64,000 nt of DNA from Myxococcota bacterium (GCA_965250285.1 OZ252299.1:256001-320000); one strand, 5' to 3'; counted from the stretch's first letter, positions 49,877-59,140 are shown. Translations and numbers: made by a program. The notes: generated by a model from the letters alone, not told the origin.

Positions 49877-50215
49877 ATGGCGAAGCGTGTCGACTGGTAC
49901 TACGAGCGCAAGGGCTGAACGTCTTGTCAGCGAGCGTCCAAGTTTCTGGACGCACATGGAATCGAGGCGGCCGAGGTCGTGCCCGCGAGCCGCAAGCTCG
50001 GCAAGAGCGACGCGGCCAAGCTGGCCAAGGCCGCGAGTGAAGTGATCGTCGCGAAGGGCAAGAAGCTCGATCGCTTCAAGGGCGCATCCGCGAAGCCCGC
50101 CGATGTCGAGAAGATGCTCGGCCCGACCGGCAACCTGCGGGCCCCCTGCATTCGCAGCGGCAAGAAGATCCTCGTCGGCTTCAACGAAGAAGTCTTCGAA
50201 GAGGTGCTCGGCTGA
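49877..50215 (+). CDS. ArsC/Spx-like (seleno)protein, 112 aa, Sec at codon 14 (TGA 49916-49918)
   Basis: SD AGGAGG; MAKRVDWYYERKG-U-TSC-QRASKFL...MLGPTGNLRAP..R.GK.ILVGFN; U-x-x-C redox motif; hairpin downstream of the TGA. Confidence 0.85.
49934..49953 (+). promoter_or_regulatory. Candidate bacterial SECIS element
   Basis: GCGTCCA-AGTTTC-TGGACGC: 7-bp stem with a G-containing loop, starting 15 nt after the in-frame UGA. Confidence 0.65.
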
Positions 50216-50220
50216 GACGT

Positions 50221-50253
50221 CGCCGGGGGCGGCGCCGAGCGCCGCCCCCGGCG
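50221..50253. terminator. Perfect GC hairpin between convergent genes (terminator-like, no U-tract)
   Basis: CGCCGGGGGCGGCGC-CGA-GCGCCGCCCCCGGCG, 15-bp stem. Confidence 0.55.
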
Positions 50254-50275
50254 CCATCCTCGCGGTCGAGCGGCC

Positions 50276-50830
50276 TCAGCTCGGAGCTGCCCGGCCCTGC
50301 AGCTGGAAACGAAGATCGCAGCGTCGGGCCTCGCCGCGGGTCTCGAACCCGAGCCGTTCGAGCAGCCGGATCGACGCCGTGTTCTCGGCTTCGACGAAGC
50401 ACTCGATCGTCGAAGAGCCGGCGTCGACGGCCCAGTCGATCGCCCGGTGCGCGGCCAGCGTCGCGAGCCCCCGCCCCCAGCAGCGCGGTACGAGGTGGTA
50501 CGCGAGCTCGGCGACATCGCCGAGCGCATTGAAGCCGATCGCGCCCGCGAAGGTGTCGGATGGCCGCTCGATGATCGCCCAGCGAAAGCCCGTGCCGGCC
50601 TCGGCGCGTCTCAGCCAGAAATCGAGCAGTCGGTCGCTGTCGGCCGCCGTCGTCGCCGGTAGGGCGATCGGCGCGCCGACGGCATCGATCGCCGGCCCGG
50701 AGTGACGGCACACGCGCTCGTCGCTCCACAGCTCGAACATCCCCGGCGAGTGGGCGCGCTCGAGCGCGCAGAGCCGAAGCTCCGCGCACTCGAGCAGCGG
50801 GGGCACGAACCCGGCCGAGTCGTCGTTCAC
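50276..50830 (-). CDS. GNAT family N-acetyltransferase (RimJ/RimL-like)
   Basis: ELAYHL....WGRGLATLA, ENTASIRLLERLGF; start approximate. Confidence 0.85.
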   Translation of the reverse strand: MNDDSAGFVPPLLECAELRLCALERAHSPGMFELWSDERVCRHSGPAIDAVGAPIALPATTAADSDRLLDFWLRRAEAGTGFRWAIIERPSDTFAGAIGFNALGDVAELAYHLVPRCWGRGLATLAAHRAIDWAVDAGSSTIECFVEAENTASIRLLERLGFETRGEARRCDLRFQLQGRAAPS

Positions 50831-50859
50831 CGCATCGAACCTCGTCGCGCCCGATCGAA

Positions 50860-51735
50860 TCAGAGCTTCGAGAGAATCTCGTTGCCCAGCTGCTCGAGGC
50901 CCTGGGTCACCTGATCGGGGGTGAAGCCCGGCGGCGGGCCCACGACGCGCGAGATACCGAGGTCTTCGAGCCGCTTCGCGTCGTCGAGGCTGCGCAGCGG
51001 TGCGCCCGTCGTGATCTCGATGTCGCTCGGGTTGCGGCCGCTCTTCTCGGCCTCTGCACGCATCGTGTCGAAGAGGTGCGCGAGGGCTTCGAAGTCGATC
51101 TTGCCGCCCTGGACCATCGGGAAGTAGCCGTCGCCGATGCGTCCGGCGCGCCGCGCGGCGCCGTCGGAGTGTCCCCCGACCACGATCGGGATACCGCCTG
51201 CCTGGACCGGCTTCGGGTTCGACTCGATCGCGTTCCACTCGTAGAACTCGCCCTGGAAGGGCTTCGCGTCGCCGCTCCAGAGCTGGCGCAGGGCCGCCAC
51301 ACACTCGTCGGTGCGGGCGCCGCGGCGGGCGAACGGGACGCCGAGCGAGTCGAACTCTTCTTCGAGCCAACCGATCCCGATGCCGCAGGTGATGCGGCCC
51401 TTCGAGAGGACGTCCAGGGTGGCGAGCTCTTTCGCGGTGTAGATCGGGTGTCGCTGCGGCAGGATCAGAATGCCGGTGCAGAGCCGGATCTTCTGGGTCA
51501 CCGCCGACGCGTGGGCGAGCCAGATCAGCGGATCGGGGATCGGCGCGTCTTCGGCGCCGGGCATCTTGCCCGTGTCGCTGTAGGGGTAGGCCGACTGGTA
51601 GCCGACGGGCACGGCCACGTGCTCGACGGTCCAGAGCGACTCGACGCCGACGCGCTCGGCTGTCTGAGCCAGGTGGGCGAGGCCCTCGGGCTGACCGAAG
51701 GGGCCGACGTTCGCGAACGCGAGTCCGTACTTCAT
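50860..51735 (-). CDS. LLM class F420-dependent oxidoreductase
   Basis: WTVEHV, DPLIWL, ILPQRHP, ATLDVLSKGR, GWLEEEF, VGGHS. Confidence 0.9.
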   Translation of the reverse strand: MKYGLAFANVGPFGQPEGLAHLAQTAERVGVESLWTVEHVAVPVGYQSAYPYSDTGKMPGAEDAPIPDPLIWLAHASAVTQKIRLCTGILILPQRHPIYTAKELATLDVLSKGRITCGIGIGWLEEEFDSLGVPFARRGARTDECVAALRQLWSGDAKPFQGEFYEWNAIESNPKPVQAGGIPIVVGGHSDGAARRAGRIGDGYFPMVQGGKIDFEALAHLFDTMRAEAEKSGRNPSDIEITTGAPLRSLDDAKRLEDLGISRVVGPPPGFTPDQVTQGLEQLGNEILSKL

Positions 51736-51913
51736 GGTGGGAGATTCCTTGTTCGGTAGGGGGTTCGAGAGGCGGGTCGCGAGACCGGCTCACACGTTCG
51801 CGCGACGCGGCGCCAAGCCGAAGGAAGAGCGTATCACCGAATCGGTCCGAGCCGCGGGCGCGATTCGGGGCGCTCGACCGAGCAGAACGCGTCGATTCGG
51901 GCATGCTATCGGG

Positions 51914-53248
51914 ATGCGCCTCGCGCCCCGTCTATCACGCATCGCCCGTTCGGCGCTCGTCTCCCTCATGGTCGTGGTCGCCGCCGCGCTCCACGCATGC
52001 TCGGACCGGGCGCCCGAGCGCCCTTCGGTCGTCGTGGTCAGTTTCGATGCGCTGCGCGCCGACGCGATCTCCCCCTACGGCGCGCCCGCCCTGCTGACAC
52101 CGCACATGCAGGCGTTCGCCGACGCCGGAACCCGCTTCGAGGCGGCGTACTCGCCGACCGCCAAGACGCCGAGCTCGTTCGCCGCCTATCTGACCGGTCG
52201 CCATGCAACGGATGCGCTGGTCGACTGGAAGCTGCCCGCCGACACGCCGACGCTCGCCGAACGGTTCGACGCCGAAGGCTATGCAACGGCCGCCTTCTTC
52301 AACAATCCGGCGCTCCAGGCCGGTCGGGGCTTTGCGCGCGGGTTCGACACGTTCGAGATGTTCAAGGGCGCCGACGACGCGCAGGTGGTGCAGCGCGCGC
52401 TCGCCTGGCTCGACGCCGCACCCGAGCCCTTTCTGCTTTGGGTGCACCTGATCGATCCGCACACGCCCTGGTTGCCCCATGCCGAGGCCCGTGCGTTCTA
52501 CGACGACCCGGGCACCTTCGATGCCGGCCCGATGCCTCCGCTCATGGTGCTGAACGACCCGGCGCAGCTGGCGCGGGCCCACGACCTGTATCGCGGCGAA
52601 GTGCATCGCAGCGATCGCCTCTTTGGTGAGCTGCTCTCGAAGCTCGATGCGCTGCGGGTCGAAGACCGGACCATCGTGCTGCTCACGTCGGACCACGGCG
52701 AGGAGATGATGGAGCATGGCATGCTCCAGCACGGCGCACTCACCGAGGAGAACATCGCCGTGCCCGTCCTCGTGCGCGCGCCGGGACGGGCCGGTGGCCA
52801 AACGCGCCCGCTCTGGCGGGGCGTCGATCTGCTGCCGACGTTGCTGGCGCTGGCCGGTCTCGATGCCCAGGCCGGCCTCGACGGTGTCGATGCCCTCTCG
52901 GAGACGCCCGAAGCGGTCATCGCCGTCGCCCACACGAATCGACGCAAGCAGTCGGCCAGCATCCGCGTCGGCGACGACAAGCTGATCGTCGTGTGTCTTC
53001 GAGACGGACCCACGAGGCGCACGCTCTACGACCTTGCGCGGGACCCCGACGAGCGATTCGACCTCTCGAAGCAGGAGCCGGCGCGCGCCGATGCGCTCGA
53101 AGCCCGGCTGTGGGCCGACCTGCGCCGCGACGGCTGCGACGCGCTGCCGATGCGGCGGGACGTCGCGCCCGACGTGCCCGCGGCCGACCGCGCGGCGCTC
53201 GAGGCGCTCGGCTACATCGGCGCCGAGGCCGGCGGCGAGGACGACTGA
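51914..53248 (+). CDS. Exported sulfatase-like / alkaline phosphatase superfamily protein
   Basis: Signal/lipoprotein N-terminus, DALRAD, WVHLIDPH.P, TSDHGEE, LYDL..DP.E, LEALGY. Confidence 0.85.
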   Translation: MRLAPRLSRIARSALVSLMVVVAAALHACSDRAPERPSVVVVSFDALRADAISPYGAPALLTPHMQAFADAGTRFEAAYSPTAKTPSSFAAYLTGRHATDALVDWKLPADTPTLAERFDAEGYATAAFFNNPALQAGRGFARGFDTFEMFKGADDAQVVQRALAWLDAAPEPFLLWVHLIDPHTPWLPHAEARAFYDDPGTFDAGPMPPLMVLNDPAQLARAHDLYRGEVHRSDRLFGELLSKLDALRVEDRTIVLLTSDHGEEMMEHGMLQHGALTEENIAVPVLVRAPGRAGGQTRPLWRGVDLLPTLLALAGLDAQAGLDGVDALSETPEAVIAVAHTNRRKQSASIRVGDDKLIVVCLRDGPTRRTLYDLARDPDERFDLSKQEPARADALEARLWADLRRDGCDALPMRRDVAPDVPAADRAALEALGYIGAEAGGEDD

Positions 53249-53261
53249 CACCCCCGACTGG

Positions 53262-53490
53262 AGAGGCTCTGCAGAACGCGCCCCACGCACCCGCTGCGAG
53301 CTCTTCTTGGCCGAGCGTGCTGCGCTGTGACCGAAGCGTCCCGAGGCCGGGGCAGGCGGGGGGACCGCGCGCAGTTCGCAGGCGCGACGTGCGCAGCAAA
53401 CGAGCTTCCCCGGCCGGTCGCGCCGAGAATGTCTGAGCACGGTGCCCCCGCCTGCCCCTGCCCTGGCACGCCGGACACCGCAGAGGTTCC
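53262..53490 (-). mobile_element. MITE-like structured repeat, copy B
   Basis: Reverse complement of copy A; ends GGAACCTCTGC ... GCAGAGCCTCT; abuts the CTAG holding the CoA-transferase stop. Confidence 0.7.
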
Positions 53491-54714
53491 CTAGAGGATC
53501 GCCCCTTCGGCCTTGAGGCGTTCGATCTCTTCCCACTCGAGCCCCATCTCCATCAGGACGACCTCCGTATCCTGACCGTGCTCGGGGGCGTGGCTCATCT
53601 CGGGGGCCGTCTCGTCGAACTGCACCGGATTGGCCACGAGCTGGCAAGCGTCGCCGCCGCCGAGCTCGACCTGGCGCAGATACTCGTTCGCGAGCACCTG
53701 GGGATCTTCATAGAGCTCACCTGGATGCTGCACCGGCGCCCACACGCCGTCGGTGGTCGCGAGACATTGCTTCCACTCTTCGAGGCTCTTCGTGGCGAAG
53801 ATGGCGTCGAGCTCGCCGACGCATTCCGGTCCGTTCTGCGCCCGTAGGGCCGAGCTGGCGAAGCGCTCGTCTTCGATCAGATCGGGGCGACCGAGGTGCT
53901 CGCAGAGATCGGGCCAGTTGCGGTCGCTCTGCAGCATGATGAGCATGATCCAGCGCGCATCCTTCGTCTGGTAGGCGTTGACGATCGGGTTGGGCACGCG
54001 CGTGCGGTCCATCTTCGGCATGCCGCCCTTGAGGCCGAGGCCTTCGAGCGCCTTCGCCATCGTGACGTCGGCCGAGATGTTCCACATGGCCGTCGAGAGC
54101 AGCGAGATGTCGACCACGCTGGGTTCGCCGGTGCGGGCTCGCTTGAAGAGCGCTGCTGCGACGCCGCCGGCGATGTTCATGCCACCCAGGCTGTCGCCGA
54201 ACGCGGGCCGCTGCATGACGGGCGGGCCGTCGCTGCGACCGGTGAGCGCCGACCCGATGCCGCCGCGCGCCCAGTACGACGCCCCGTCGTAGCCACCGCG
54301 TTCGGCCTCGGGGCCCCGCGTGCCCTGGCCGCTGCCTCGCGCGTAGATGATGTCGGGGTTGACCGCGCGAATGTGCTCGACGTCGATCGCGAGCCGCTGC
54401 CGCGCGCCGGGCAGGAAGCTCGTGAGGAAGACGTCGCTCTCGGCCGCGAGTTTGTAGAGCAGCGCGCGCCCGCCCTCGGTCTTGACGTCGATGCCCACGC
54501 TCTTCTTGCTGCGATTCGGCTGCTCCCACATGAAGTTGAAGCCGCCGGCCGGCAAGAGCCCGCTCGTCACGAGGCCGCGCTGAGGGTCGCCCGTCTCGGG
54601 GTGCTCGACCTTGATCACCTCGGCGCCCCAGTCGGCGAGCACCGCCCCAGCGCTCGGCACGAACCACCATGCCGCGACCTCGAGCACCTTGATGCCTTCG
54701 AGGGGTCGTTCCAT
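53491..54714 (-). CDS. CoA transferase family III (CaiB/BaiF)
   Basis: PLEGIKVLE, LADWGAEVIKVE...GDPQR, NRSKKS, APEHGQDT; SD GGAGG. Confidence 0.93.
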   Translation of the reverse strand: MERPLEGIKVLEVAAWWFVPSAGAVLADWGAEVIKVEHPETGDPQRGLVTSGLLPAGGFNFMWEQPNRSKKSVGIDVKTEGGRALLYKLAAESDVFLTSFLPGARQRLAIDVEHIRAVNPDIIYARGSGQGTRGPEAERGGYDGASYWARGGIGSALTGRSDGPPVMQRPAFGDSLGGMNIAGGVAAALFKRARTGEPSVVDISLLSTAMWNISADVTMAKALEGLGLKGGMPKMDRTRVPNPIVNAYQTKDARWIMLIMLQSDRNWPDLCEHLGRPDLIEDERFASSALRAQNGPECVGELDAIFATKSLEEWKQCLATTDGVWAPVQHPGELYEDPQVLANEYLRQVELGGGDACQLVANPVQFDETAPEMSHAPEHGQDTEVVLMEMGLEWEEIERLKAEGAIL

Positions 54715-54754
54715 CGGATCCTCCTCCACGCAGCGGCGAGCGGCCGGTCGGCCG

Positions 54755-54773
54755 ATCTGACGATGCGTCAGAT
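54755..54773. promoter_or_regulatory. Palindromic candidate operator upstream of the CoA transferase
   Basis: ATCTGACG-ATG-CGTCAGAT perfect 8-bp inverted repeat. Confidence 0.6.
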
Positions 54774-54831
54774 TCAGGATCATCACAGTAGGAGGGCCAC
54801 GCGGGCGTGTCCAGCAGGCCGAGCAGCGGGA

Positions 54832-55500
54832 TCAGATCTTCATCTGGACCCGGATGAAGAGGCCCTCGGCCTCGGTGAGCAGCCGGTCGCCGGCGAAGCA
54901 GCGTCCACCGGCGAACACCTTTCGCGCGTCGATCCGGTCGGTCCAGGCCTCGAACCGCAGGGGTGTGTCGAGGGGCGTGGGCGCCCTGAAGTGGATCGTC
55001 AGCCGACCCGTCGCGCCCGACGCACCGTTCACCGTATTGGCCAGGGCGAGCACCTCGTCGTACATCGCCGAGACGACGGCGCCATGCACGAGGCCGGGAG
55101 CGCCCTGGTAGGCCTTGCCGAGGGTGACGTCGCCGACGACGCGGTCGCCGTCGCGCCGCAGCACGAGCGGCGGAGCAACGGGGTTGAGCTGGCCCATGAC
55201 CGGGCTGAAGGGCACACCTGCGCTCACCGCCTCGGGCTCGCTCTCGGCGCCGCCCCCGAACAACGCGATCCCCCGACCGCGCGCGAGCGCGGCCAGCTCG
55301 TCGGCCAGTGCGTCGGCGCGTTCGCATGCGGCCTCGATCTCGTCAGTGCTCGCCGAGAGGTCGACCGCCGCCTCGACGCAGCGTCTGAGGCTCCGCGTCA
55401 ATCGTTGCCACGCGAGTCGCTCGGCATCCCCCATCTCGGACGACACACGATCGGTGTGCTCGCTGAAGAGGTGATCTTCGGTGAACGCGTCCTTGACCAT
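54832..55500 (-). CDS. PaaI family (hotdog) thioesterase
   Basis: SPVMG..NPVAPP, YQGAPGLVHGA, DEVL, PTPL. Confidence 0.88.
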   Translation of the reverse strand: MVKDAFTEDHLFSEHTDRVSSEMGDAERLAWQRLTRSLRRCVEAAVDLSASTDEIEAACERADALADELAALARGRGIALFGGGAESEPEAVSAGVPFSPVMGQLNPVAPPLVLRRDGDRVVGDVTLGKAYQGAPGLVHGAVVSAMYDEVLALANTVNGASGATGRLTIHFRAPTPLDTPLRFEAWTDRIDARKVFAGGRCFAGDRLLTEAEGLFIRVQMKI

Positions 55501-55536
55501 CGGGCTTCGCCGGCCTCGCTCGTCGACCGCGCGCGC

Positions 55537-56670
55537 TCAGCGCGGCGGGTCGACGATCCCCTCGAACCCGTAGCGCGCGTGCTCGCCGAGATGGATCTGC
55601 TCGAGGACGCCGATGCCGATGTCGTCGCCCGAGCGCGCGCGCACGACCTGCTGGATGTGCTGATTCTCGATCGCGTTCGGGTCGACCTCGTCACACTTGA
55701 AGCGGTCGCCGCCGATGGCCAGCTCGTCGTGCCAGCGACCGTGGCCCCAGACCGGGTGTGTGTACCCGATGCCCTTCATGCGGAAGATCAGCAGGGGTTC
55801 GAGCTCGATGTCGAGCCGGCTCGCGTCCGACCCCACGAGCGCAATGCGGGCGGCGCTCGCGCGACGCGTGCCCGGGACGAACTCGAGTTCGTGCTCGACA
55901 CGCTTGTACGTCACGGTGTCGGGATCCATCACGCCGGGGATCTTGTCGGGGTTGCCGTCGTGTACGGGCACGACGGCGCCGTCCTGGTGCCAGGTGTAGC
56001 CACTCGCATCATCGAAGCAGCCGAAGTGCGTACAGCGGTTGGGCCAGTGGAGCGGCGCCCAGAGGAAGAAGATCTGGGGCATGGCGAAGGCGGGGGCACC
56101 GCCGGCATCGGGCTCGCCCACCGGGCGGATGCCCCACGAACGATCTTTCGTACCGAAGACGTGCTCGGCGTCGATGGGCAGCGTGCGGCCGGCGAAGCGG
56201 ATCTCGCCCGACCAGCGACCGAACTGAGCGAAGCGCGTCGCGTCCATCACGACCTTCGTTCCGGCCGGATTGCGCAGGGTCTGTCGCCCCTCTTCGACAC
56301 ACGCCGTGCGCGCGGTGAACGTGAGGTCGCAGGCGAGTCCCGTCTCGTTGTCGTCGAGCACGACGCGGATCTTGCGCATCGGCTCGATGATCTCGATGCG
56401 GAACGGGCCGCATTCGGTCTCGCTCGGGTCTCTCGGTGCCCGCCGCGAGCCGTAGAAGCAGTGCTGCTCGCCGTCGATCACGAGACTGAAGCCGCAGTCG
56501 AGCACGCCGCGATGCGGATAGAGCCCCATGGCGATGCCGAAATAGAAGTCGCCGTCGTCGGCGTAGCCGTTGAACCAGTAGCGGTCGTAGTGATTGCGGT
56601 CGCCCGTCGAGGGGTGAGCGACCGGTTCGGGCGTCTGGTGGATCGGGTAGTCGTCGAAGCGGCTCAGCAT
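55537..56670 (-). CDS. Conserved hypothetical beta-rich protein (actinobacterial-type, tocopherol cyclase/hydroxyneurosporene synthase-like fold suspected)
   Basis: DDYPIHQTPEP, YDRYWFNGY, DRSWGIRPVGE, GIGY.HP.WGHG. Confidence 0.6.
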   Translation of the reverse strand: MLSRFDDYPIHQTPEPVAHPSTGDRNHYDRYWFNGYADDGDFYFGIAMGLYPHRGVLDCGFSLVIDGEQHCFYGSRRAPRDPSETECGPFRIEIIEPMRKIRVVLDDNETGLACDLTFTARTACVEEGRQTLRNPAGTKVVMDATRFAQFGRWSGEIRFAGRTLPIDAEHVFGTKDRSWGIRPVGEPDAGGAPAFAMPQIFFLWAPLHWPNRCTHFGCFDDASGYTWHQDGAVVPVHDGNPDKIPGVMDPDTVTYKRVEHELEFVPGTRRASAARIALVGSDASRLDIELEPLLIFRMKGIGYTHPVWGHGRWHDELAIGGDRFKCDEVDPNAIENQHIQQVVRARSGDDIGIGVLEQIHLGEHARYGFEGIVDPPR

Positions 56671-56794
56671 GGTTCGCCTCAGGGTTGCGGGGTGCGTGCA
56701 GTCGAGGTCTGAGAGTACCGCGGCTGGCGGCGGCTCGAAGCACGCGCGTGCGCATGGGGTGCGGGGTGGGGCGGGGCGTCGCTAGCGTCGGGGC

Positions 56795-57886
56795 GTGATG
56801 CGGGCTTTCGAAGACGGGCAGCGCGTCGGTCTCTTCCGACGGAAGCGACTGTGGAGCACTTGGCTCGGCTGCGTCGGAGGGCTCGCGCTCATTCTGTGCG
56901 GCATGGCCGGCGGGCCCGACCCGGCCGCTGCCCACCCGCTCGCTCCGAGCCTTCTCGAGCTTCGCGAACGAGATGACGGGCTGGTCGACGTCCGATTCAA
57001 GGCCGCGATCATGCAGGCGCGCGGCGCGGTGCACGCGCCGCGACTCCCCGAGGTGTGCAAGCCGGTCGGCGAGGCGAACGAGACGCGCGAGGGCACGGGC
57101 ATCGTCATCGACTACGTCGTCGACTGCGACGGCGTCGCCCTGACCGGTCTCACCGTCGGTCTGGATGGCCTCGAGGCAGGCGTCGCAAACGCGCTGGTGC
57201 GGGTCGTGTCGGCGGACGGCGTCGTGCGCCAGGCGCTGCTCTCGGCGAACGAGCCCGAGTTCGTCGTGCCCGCCGATCCGAGCAAGTGGAGCGTCGCCGC
57301 CAGCTACATCGAGCTCGGCATCGAACACCTCGTGTTCGGCTTCGACCACGTGCTCTTCGTGCTCGGCCTCTTGATGCTGATTCGGGGCCTGCGGCCGCTG
57401 CTGCTCACCGTGACGTCGTTCACCGTCGGGCACAGCGTGACCCTGGCGCTCGCCGCGCTCGGCCTCGTTCGGTTTCCGACCGGGCTCGTCGAGGTGGGCA
57501 TTGCGCTGAGCCTGCTCGTGCTCGCGATGGAGATCCCGACGCGTCTCGATTCGGACGACGAGACGCGCGGGCTCTTTCAGCGTCGCCCGTGGCTCATCGC
57601 GTTCGCGTTCGGTCTGCTGCACGGGCTCGGGTTCGCCGGCGCCCTCGCCGAGATCGGTCTGCCGCCGCGCGACATCCCGCTGGCGCTCTTCACGTTCAAC
57701 GTGGGCATCGAGCTCGGCCAGATCGCGCTCGTACTCGTCGCGCTCGCGCTCTTTCGGCTGGCGCTCGCCCTCGCGATCCCGATGCGGTCGCCTGCGCTGC
57801 GGGCGGTCGGAATCGCGGGCATCGGCAGCCTGGCCGGCTACTGGGTGATCGAGCGAACGGCCGCCTGGCTCGGGGGCTCGGCGTAG
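56795..57886 (+). CDS. HupE/UreJ family membrane protein
   Basis: AAAHPL, LGIEHL..GFDHVLF, TSFTVGHSVTL, FGLLHGLGFA, FNVGIELGQ. Confidence 0.9.
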   Translation: MMRAFEDGQRVGLFRRKRLWSTWLGCVGGLALILCGMAGGPDPAAAHPLAPSLLELRERDDGLVDVRFKAAIMQARGAVHAPRLPEVCKPVGEANETREGTGIVIDYVVDCDGVALTGLTVGLDGLEAGVANALVRVVSADGVVRQALLSANEPEFVVPADPSKWSVAASYIELGIEHLVFGFDHVLFVLGLLMLIRGLRPLLLTVTSFTVGHSVTLALAALGLVRFPTGLVEVGIALSLLVLAMEIPTRLDSDDETRGLFQRRPWLIAFAFGLLHGLGFAGALAEIGLPPRDIPLALFTFNVGIELGQIALVLVALALFRLALALAIPMRSPALRAVGIAGIGSLAGYWVIERTAAWLGGSA

Positions 57887-57918
57887 CTGCGCCGCTCCGT
57901 CCCGGCGCGTCGATTGCA

Positions 57919-59019
57919 CTACGAGATCAGATCGAACGCCTCGAGGTCGAGTGCGTGCTGGGCGTGACGCGACGCCATCGCCATGAACATCTCGTCGCCC
58001 CGCTCGGTCACCTCGACGATCATCGATGCGACCACGGCCATGATGACGCCGGCGAAGGTGAAGAGTCGGTATTCGCGCCAGCACGTCTCGAAGTCGTAAT
58101 CGGTGACGCCCCCGGCGAGCAGACCCTCGTGATAGCGGCGAATCAGCGCGTCTTCGTGCGTGCGCCGCGCTTCGATGGGCAGGCCTGCCCCCATGAAGTA
58201 CGCCGCGTCGCCGAGCGCAGCGCCGCAACCGACGGTCTGCCAGTCGACGATGCAGAGCGGCGTCGCCGAATCGCCCGCCCCAAAGAGCATGTTGTCGAGT
58301 CGGTAGTCACCGTGGGTGAGTGTCTTGGGGCTGTCGGACGCGGCGGCCCACGCGCCGATGAGCGGGCCGAAGCGTCGCGTGACGTCCATCAGCTCGGGAG
58401 CGAGACGATCGGCGTACCGGGCTTCGAAGCCCGGTTGCAGCGCCGAGTACACGCCCTGCAAGAGCGGCGCACTCTCGGGCGAAGCCTGCTGCAGATAGGC
58501 GAGTCCGGGGAGCTTCGCGTCGTCCCACCAGGGGGCGTGCAGACGCGTGAGTTCGTCGAGAGCGAGCTCGGCCTCTTCGACGCTGCAGCCCGCGATCTGG
58601 TCGCCCTGTCGGGCGGGCGCCATGTCTTCGAGCACGATCGAGAAGAACTCGGGGTTCGCCTCGTCGATCGTCGCGTAGTCGCAGCGCGGCGTGCGCATCG
58701 GCGTATCTCGGGCGAGCTGCTGGTAGAAGCGCACTTCGCGCATGTACGAGCCCTGGCTCGCGCCCGTCCCGCGGCTCGTCGGATCGTCGGAGGGGATCTT
58801 GACCACGACCGACGCCGACGGGGCGTCGTCGCCCTCGAAGCGCAACCGCAGCCGGACGCTGCGACCCATCTGACCGGTGCCGACCATCTCGGTCTCGAAG
58901 TCGGCGACCACTCGACCGCCGCGCACATCGCTCTGTGCGAGGGCGCCTTCGATCCAGGCGACGTCGATCTCTTCGGGCAACGTGATGGGCTTCGGCCCGC
59001 TCGATTGCGCACTGCTCAC
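57919..59019 (-). CDS. APH/ecdysteroid-kinase-like phosphotransferase
   Basis: VGTGQMG, REVRFY, LLED-like IVLED, HGDYRLDN, VDWQT. Confidence 0.88.
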   Translation of the reverse strand: MSSAQSSGPKPITLPEEIDVAWIEGALAQSDVRGGRVVADFETEMVGTGQMGRSVRLRLRFEGDDAPSASVVVKIPSDDPTSRGTGASQGSYMREVRFYQQLARDTPMRTPRCDYATIDEANPEFFSIVLEDMAPARQGDQIAGCSVEEAELALDELTRLHAPWWDDAKLPGLAYLQQASPESAPLLQGVYSALQPGFEARYADRLAPELMDVTRRFGPLIGAWAAASDSPKTLTHGDYRLDNMLFGAGDSATPLCIVDWQTVGCGAALGDAAYFMGAGLPIEARRTHEDALIRRYHEGLLAGGVTDYDFETCWREYRLFTFAGVIMAVVASMIVEVTERGDEMFMAMASRHAQHALDLEAFDLIS

Positions 59020-59140
59020 GCGAGTCTCCTCTCGATCCGGGGCCGATCCGGGACCGATCCCGATCAGCGCCCGGCACGCAGGCCGGAGCATACGAGATCG
59101 GCGACTCGAGGGAGTGCTGCCATCGGGGCCCGCCCGAAGG

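Noticed and set aside
49979..50215. 78-aa ORF in the track as a complete gene
   Set aside because: It lacks the N-terminal redox motif and an SD; it is the 3' part of the UGA-recoded gene starting at 49877
42681..53490. The 10.8-kb stretch between the inverted repeat copies as a composite transposon
   Set aside because: No transposase; cargo includes housekeeping hemF; each copy has its own termini, so independent insertions are more likely
53896..56712. Very long ORFs such as 938 aa here, 33888-36413, 31440-33617, 19776-21803 and 5344-7452
   Set aside because: Antisense or off-frame shadows of real genes, typical of high-GC DNA; no protein motifs
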